Source of the DNA: Callorhinchus milii
Lineage: Eukaryota
Length of the DNA: 64,000 nt
Direction: 5' to 3'
NCBI RefSeq assembly: GCF_018977255.1
Contig: NW_024704743.1
Coordinates: forward strand, 5,334,001-5,398,000
Shown here: in pieces, positions 61,480 through 64,000 of the stretch
Layout of the letters: each line of letters opens with the position of its first letter
Position numbering within the stretch: the first letter of the stretch is position 1
Made by a program: the position numbers and the translations under genes
Notes under the pieces: model-generated
Told to the model about the DNA's origin: nothing
The model's database searches: none
What the model saw: only the letters and a program-made list of their open reading frames with translations

Positions 61480-62270
61480 GCACTGACAGCATCAGCATCC
61501 AGGGATGCACAATCCACCTCACCAAGCCAGTCCAGAACCTTGGCGTCTTGTTTGACGCTCAACTGTCCTTTCTACCCCCACATCCGTGCCATGACCCGAT
61601 CTGCCTTCTCCTATCTACCCAACATCGCCCGGCTCTGCCACTGCCTCACCCCTCAGGCTGACGAAAGTCTCATCCACACATTCATCACATCTCGACTACC
61701 CCAACTCCCTGCTTGTCGTCCTTCCCAACTCTTCCCTCCACAAGTTGAGATCATCCAGAACTTTGCAGCTTGTGTCCTCTCCCGCACCAGGCTCAGTGGC
61801 CCTATCATCCCCGACCCTCGTCCGGCTCCATTGGCTCCCCATACTCCAGAGGATAGAGTTCAAAATCCTTGTCCTCGCCTTCAAGGGCCTTTACGACCTT
61901 GCCTCTTCCTACCTCTATGACTTACTGACCCCATATCAATCTGTCCGCGATCTCCGCTCAGCAGGGTTGGCCCTCTCCATGTGCTCCTCCCGGCCCACTC
62001 CACCATCGGCGGTTGGGCTTTCAGCCTTTCTGCCCCCACCCTTTGGAACTCCATCATACATTTCATTCTCCTCGCTCCCTCCCTTGCCTCCTTCAAGGCG
62101 TGTCTCAAGACCCTCCTCTTTGACCGCGCCTTCGGCCACCCTCCTACCCTCCCCGTCCTCCACCCTCGCCAATCACGAGCCCCAATCCCAGGTCCAAATC
62201 CCTGACTGTCCAGTGCCTTGGGACATCCTCCCGATGTGAAAGATGCTATACACAAGTCATTTTGTATTGT
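61480..62270 (+). mobile_element. L2 3' portion
   Basis: [43 protein letters not shown], tail. Confidence 0.88.
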
Positions 62271-64000
62271 ATCAGGTTGAGAGGACGTCTCAAGCTGCTT
62301 AATGGTCCTGGCTTTGCACCCGAGCTGGAGGAGAGAGCCCCCCGAGAGGTGGTGGAGAGAGTAAAGATGACCAATGGCATGATCACAACTCAAATTATTT
62401 GTGAAGCACTTCAAGACGTTGCGACATCATGAAATACCATGTAAATGCAAGTTCCTTCTGGCCAGAAAATGATTCTGCGACAATACTTTCTCACCAACTC
62501 CTCATTCCCTTTCATCACTTTGCAGTTGCCTCCAGTAGCAGAGAGGAGCTTTGTGTTACCTGGTCATTTTGTTGTGGTAAATGTCTGCCTCAGTTGATAG
62601 CACTCTTGCCTCGGAGTCAGAAAGCTGCGGCTTCAAGCCCCGAGTTGAAACCTCGGCTCATGTTCTTGGCTGTCATTATTAGAGGTGCTGTCGTTTTGGA
62701 TGGGATGTTAAAATCAAAGTCCTGCCTGTCTGTTCAAGTTCCCTGCACACTGGAGAAGGTTTCTCCCAGTGTACTGGTCAAACTACCCTCCAGCTTAAAG
62801 CGACTCTCACGCTTTCCGCCGAAAGCAGTCACTATACTTGAGAGTAACTACTGCGAAGGACTCAGAGATATTGCAACTCAATAAAACGCTAAAATAATGC
62901 AAATTCTTTCTTAAATCAAACGTTTGATAAAGAGCAAAGTGAAAAAAGTAAGATTTCATTCATAAGATTTTAAAAAATGTGTTGCATTCCTTTAACTTTA
63001 TTTTCCAAGCGTTAAAAAAAAGGCAAATTCAACATCAATTTTGCTTACTCTTCAGTCAAAATCATACATAAGAAAATTACAAAACATTCCGCCACCCTTC
63101 TGATAATCATGCTTTTGTTGCACAGATGGTCATTCATTGGATTAGTTGAAATGAACAGAGTTCACTGAAGGTTGCAAAAAGTTCACATTTCTCATGAAAA
63201 TAAAAGTGCTGGAAGAGTAAAGTAGGACAACTGGGCATTTGAAAAAGAGAGGGGAAAGGGTAAGGGGATGTATCTAATGCGTCACTTAATGACACAGGAT
63301 CATACCTGCTTGTTAATTTCTCTTTCATTAGCTTATTGATCTGTTGTGCATATCTGGGGGGGAGGGGGGGTGTCTGTCATTAAATTCACAATTTCCAGCG
63401 CTCCCAGCTTTTTCCTTTTTACCTTGCAGATTTTTTTATGGTGCATGGTTCTGGACCACCTAGGCACTATAACTACAGGTATTCACATTGCAATGGCACC
63501 TCATAGGTACAAAAGCAGCTGCGGAATCCCCAGATTAACCCTGCAAGCGACACGTGCCACATAATTCACCAACCCAGAGTACCAGCAAGTTACCAGACTG
63601 GTATCATGAGCAAATCTTCTTCCAAGCACTTGTATTGAATCTGCTGGCATTGAGCATCATTTGTCTTAAAAACAACTCTCTTAAAGTAAAATGGGCTGAG
63701 AGACTCAACTGCTGCAGATGTCATAGAGGGCTGAGTGAGCTTCTCTGACACAAAAAAATCGCTGCTCCGCATGTGTGCTATAGTAGTTCACTTCCACTGT
63801 TGTCTCCTATCAAAAGGAATGATTTCCTGAATACTCTTGTACTTTGCACTCGTAACCCATCACTAGGTACAATTTAAACAGTAATGGTTACTTGACATGT
63901 TAAATGCCTCTGTGAGGAAGGCAAGCCTGAGGAGGGGAGGATTTGCTGAAGTCCGGGGAAGATTTTCCTTGAAATGCAAAAATTTGCAGGGCTATGGAGT

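Overview
Vertebrate genomic DNA. The repeat content (L2 and CR1 LINE fragments, tRNA-derived SINEs with a Deu-type 3' part, a Penelope-type hammerhead repeat) points to a cartilaginous fish; this is an inference. I reconstructed two convergent intron-containing genes by hand. (1) A complete 16-exon PARP14-like mono-ADP-ribosyltransferase on + (CDS 19291..42021, 5031 nt, 1676 aa; RRM-like N-terminus, KH-like region, three macrodomain positions, WWE, ART domain), with ISRE/GAS motifs upstream and an NF-kB+IRF cluster in intron 1. (2) The last nine coding exons and long 3' UTR of extended synaptotagmin-2 (esyt2) on -, whose 5' part lies beyond the window. Bases 1-18.7 kb are mostly repeats with no gene I can support. 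Highlights: macrodomains 1 and 3 of the PARP14-like protein look degenerate while macrodomain 2 and the ART domain look intact; a sense-strand minimal hammerhead ribozyme motif in its 205-nt intron 5; a complete non-autonomous Helitron in intron 4; inverted young SINEs flanking exon 2; a GC-AG intron; a 52-bp hairpin in an esyt2 intron; and an RT fragment unlike the local L2/CR1 elements. No database searches were run; homology calls come from recalled family motifs.
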